Source of the DNA: Myxococcota bacterium | GTDB lineage: Bacteria > Myxococcota_A > UBA9160 > UBA4427 | Length of the DNA: 37,003 bases | Direction: 5' to 3' | NCBI GenBank assembly: GCA_036336835.1 | Contig: JAYZFK010000092.1 | Span: 1 to 37,003 of the forward strand | Shown here: positions 36,380-37,003 of the stretch, piece after piece | How the letters are laid out: each line of letters opens with the position of its first letter | Position numbering within the stretch: position 1 is the first letter of the stretch | The notes under the pieces: model-generated | What the model saw: only the letters and a program-made list of their open reading frames with translations | Database searches by the model: none | Told to the model about the DNA's origin: nothing | Program-made: the position numbers and the translations under genes

Positions 36380-37003
36380 TCAGTCGAGCAGGGTCAGCAG
36401 GTCGTCGCGGGTGAGCCCACTGGCGCCGCCCTGGGCGATCGTGTCGCCGAGCGCAGCCTGCGCGAGCGCCCGCTTGCTCGCGTGCAGCGCGAGGATGCGC
36501 TCCTCGACCGTGTTCTCTGCGATCAGGCGATGTACCACCACGGGCCGGGTCTGGCCGATGCGGTGCGCGCGGTCTGCGGCCTGATCCTCGACTGCCGGGT
36601 TCCACCACGGGTCCATCAGGAACACGTGGTCGGCCGCCGTCAGGTTGAGACCGACCCCGCCGGCGCGCAGCGAGACCAGCATCACCGGCTCCGAGCCCGA
36701 CTGGAAGCGCTGGACCACCGCGCCCCGGTCGCGCGTCGATCCGTCGAGCCGCTCGAAGCCGATCGCGCTCCGCTCGAGCTCGGGCTCGATCCGATCGAGC
36801 AGCTGGGTCCACTGCGAGAACACCAGCGCCCGGTGTCCGTCGTCGCGCGCCTCTTCGAGCCGCATGATCAGTAGCTCGAGCTTCGACGACTCCACGTCCT
36901 GGGGCCCGCCGGGCACCAGCGACGCGTGGCAGGCGGCTTGCCGTAGGCGCAGCAGCACCTCGAGCGCCGGCATCAGGCTGCCGCCGCTGCGCAGCGCCCG
37001 GAC
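36380..37003 (-). CDS. SNF2/SWI2-family helicase, C-terminal part (5' partial)
   Basis: [61 protein letters not shown]. Frame open to the right edge. Confidence 0.93.
   Translation of the reverse strand, partial: VRALRSGGSLMPALEVLLRLRQAACHASLVPGGPQDVESSKLELLIMRLEEARDDGHRALVFSQWTQLLDRIEPELERSAIGFERLDGSTRDRGAVVQRFQSGSEPVMLVSLRAGGVGLNLTAADHVFLMDPWWNPAVEDQAADRAHRIGQTRPVVVHRLIAENTVEERILALHASKRALAQAALGDTIAQGGASGLTRDDLLTLLD

Noticed and set aside
33848..37003. Sir2 and helicase proximity as an anti-phage defence system
   Set aside because: The sirtuin is a canonical Zn-ribbon CobB-type deacylase, not a SIR2_2 defence NADase, and three unrelated genes separate it from an ordinary SNF2 helicase.

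Overview
High-GC bacterial chromosomal segment, probably a diderm (C-terminal-Phe beta-barrel gene, lipoproteins, PilZ protein). A Myxococcota/Deltaproteobacteria-like origin is an inference only. No rRNA, tRNA, CRISPR array, transposase or integrase was seen. The most notable feature is absent from the ORF track: a minus-strand gene from ~3706 running off the left edge (>1230 aa). It encodes a secreted protein with signal peptide - cohesin-like domain - thrombospondin type 3 (TSP3) Ca-binding repeats - second cohesin-like domain - TSP3 repeats - discoidin-like domain - unassigned region - dockerin-like domain. Upstream lie a DUF3313-like lipoprotein, a DUF1552 protein without its usual partner and a Cys-rich lipoprotein. 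The middle is a lipid/steroid/aromatic catabolic neighbourhood: HsaA-like flavin monooxygenase, crotonase, CMD, double-hotdog thioesterase, BKACE, DUF3604, an LvaAB-like kinase pair and an amidohydrolase-CYP142-like P450-Zn ADH operon. The right part holds a YfhO-type GT-C protein with a nucleotidyltransferase, an extended SDR, an apparent bacterial homologue of animal C4orf33/UPF0462, lutABC, a methyltransferase, DUF4336, a sirtuin, a 3-hydroxyacyl-CoA dehydrogenase, PilZ and YbjN-like proteins and the 3' end of an SNF2 helicase. All family calls are from motif recognition by eye, without database searches.
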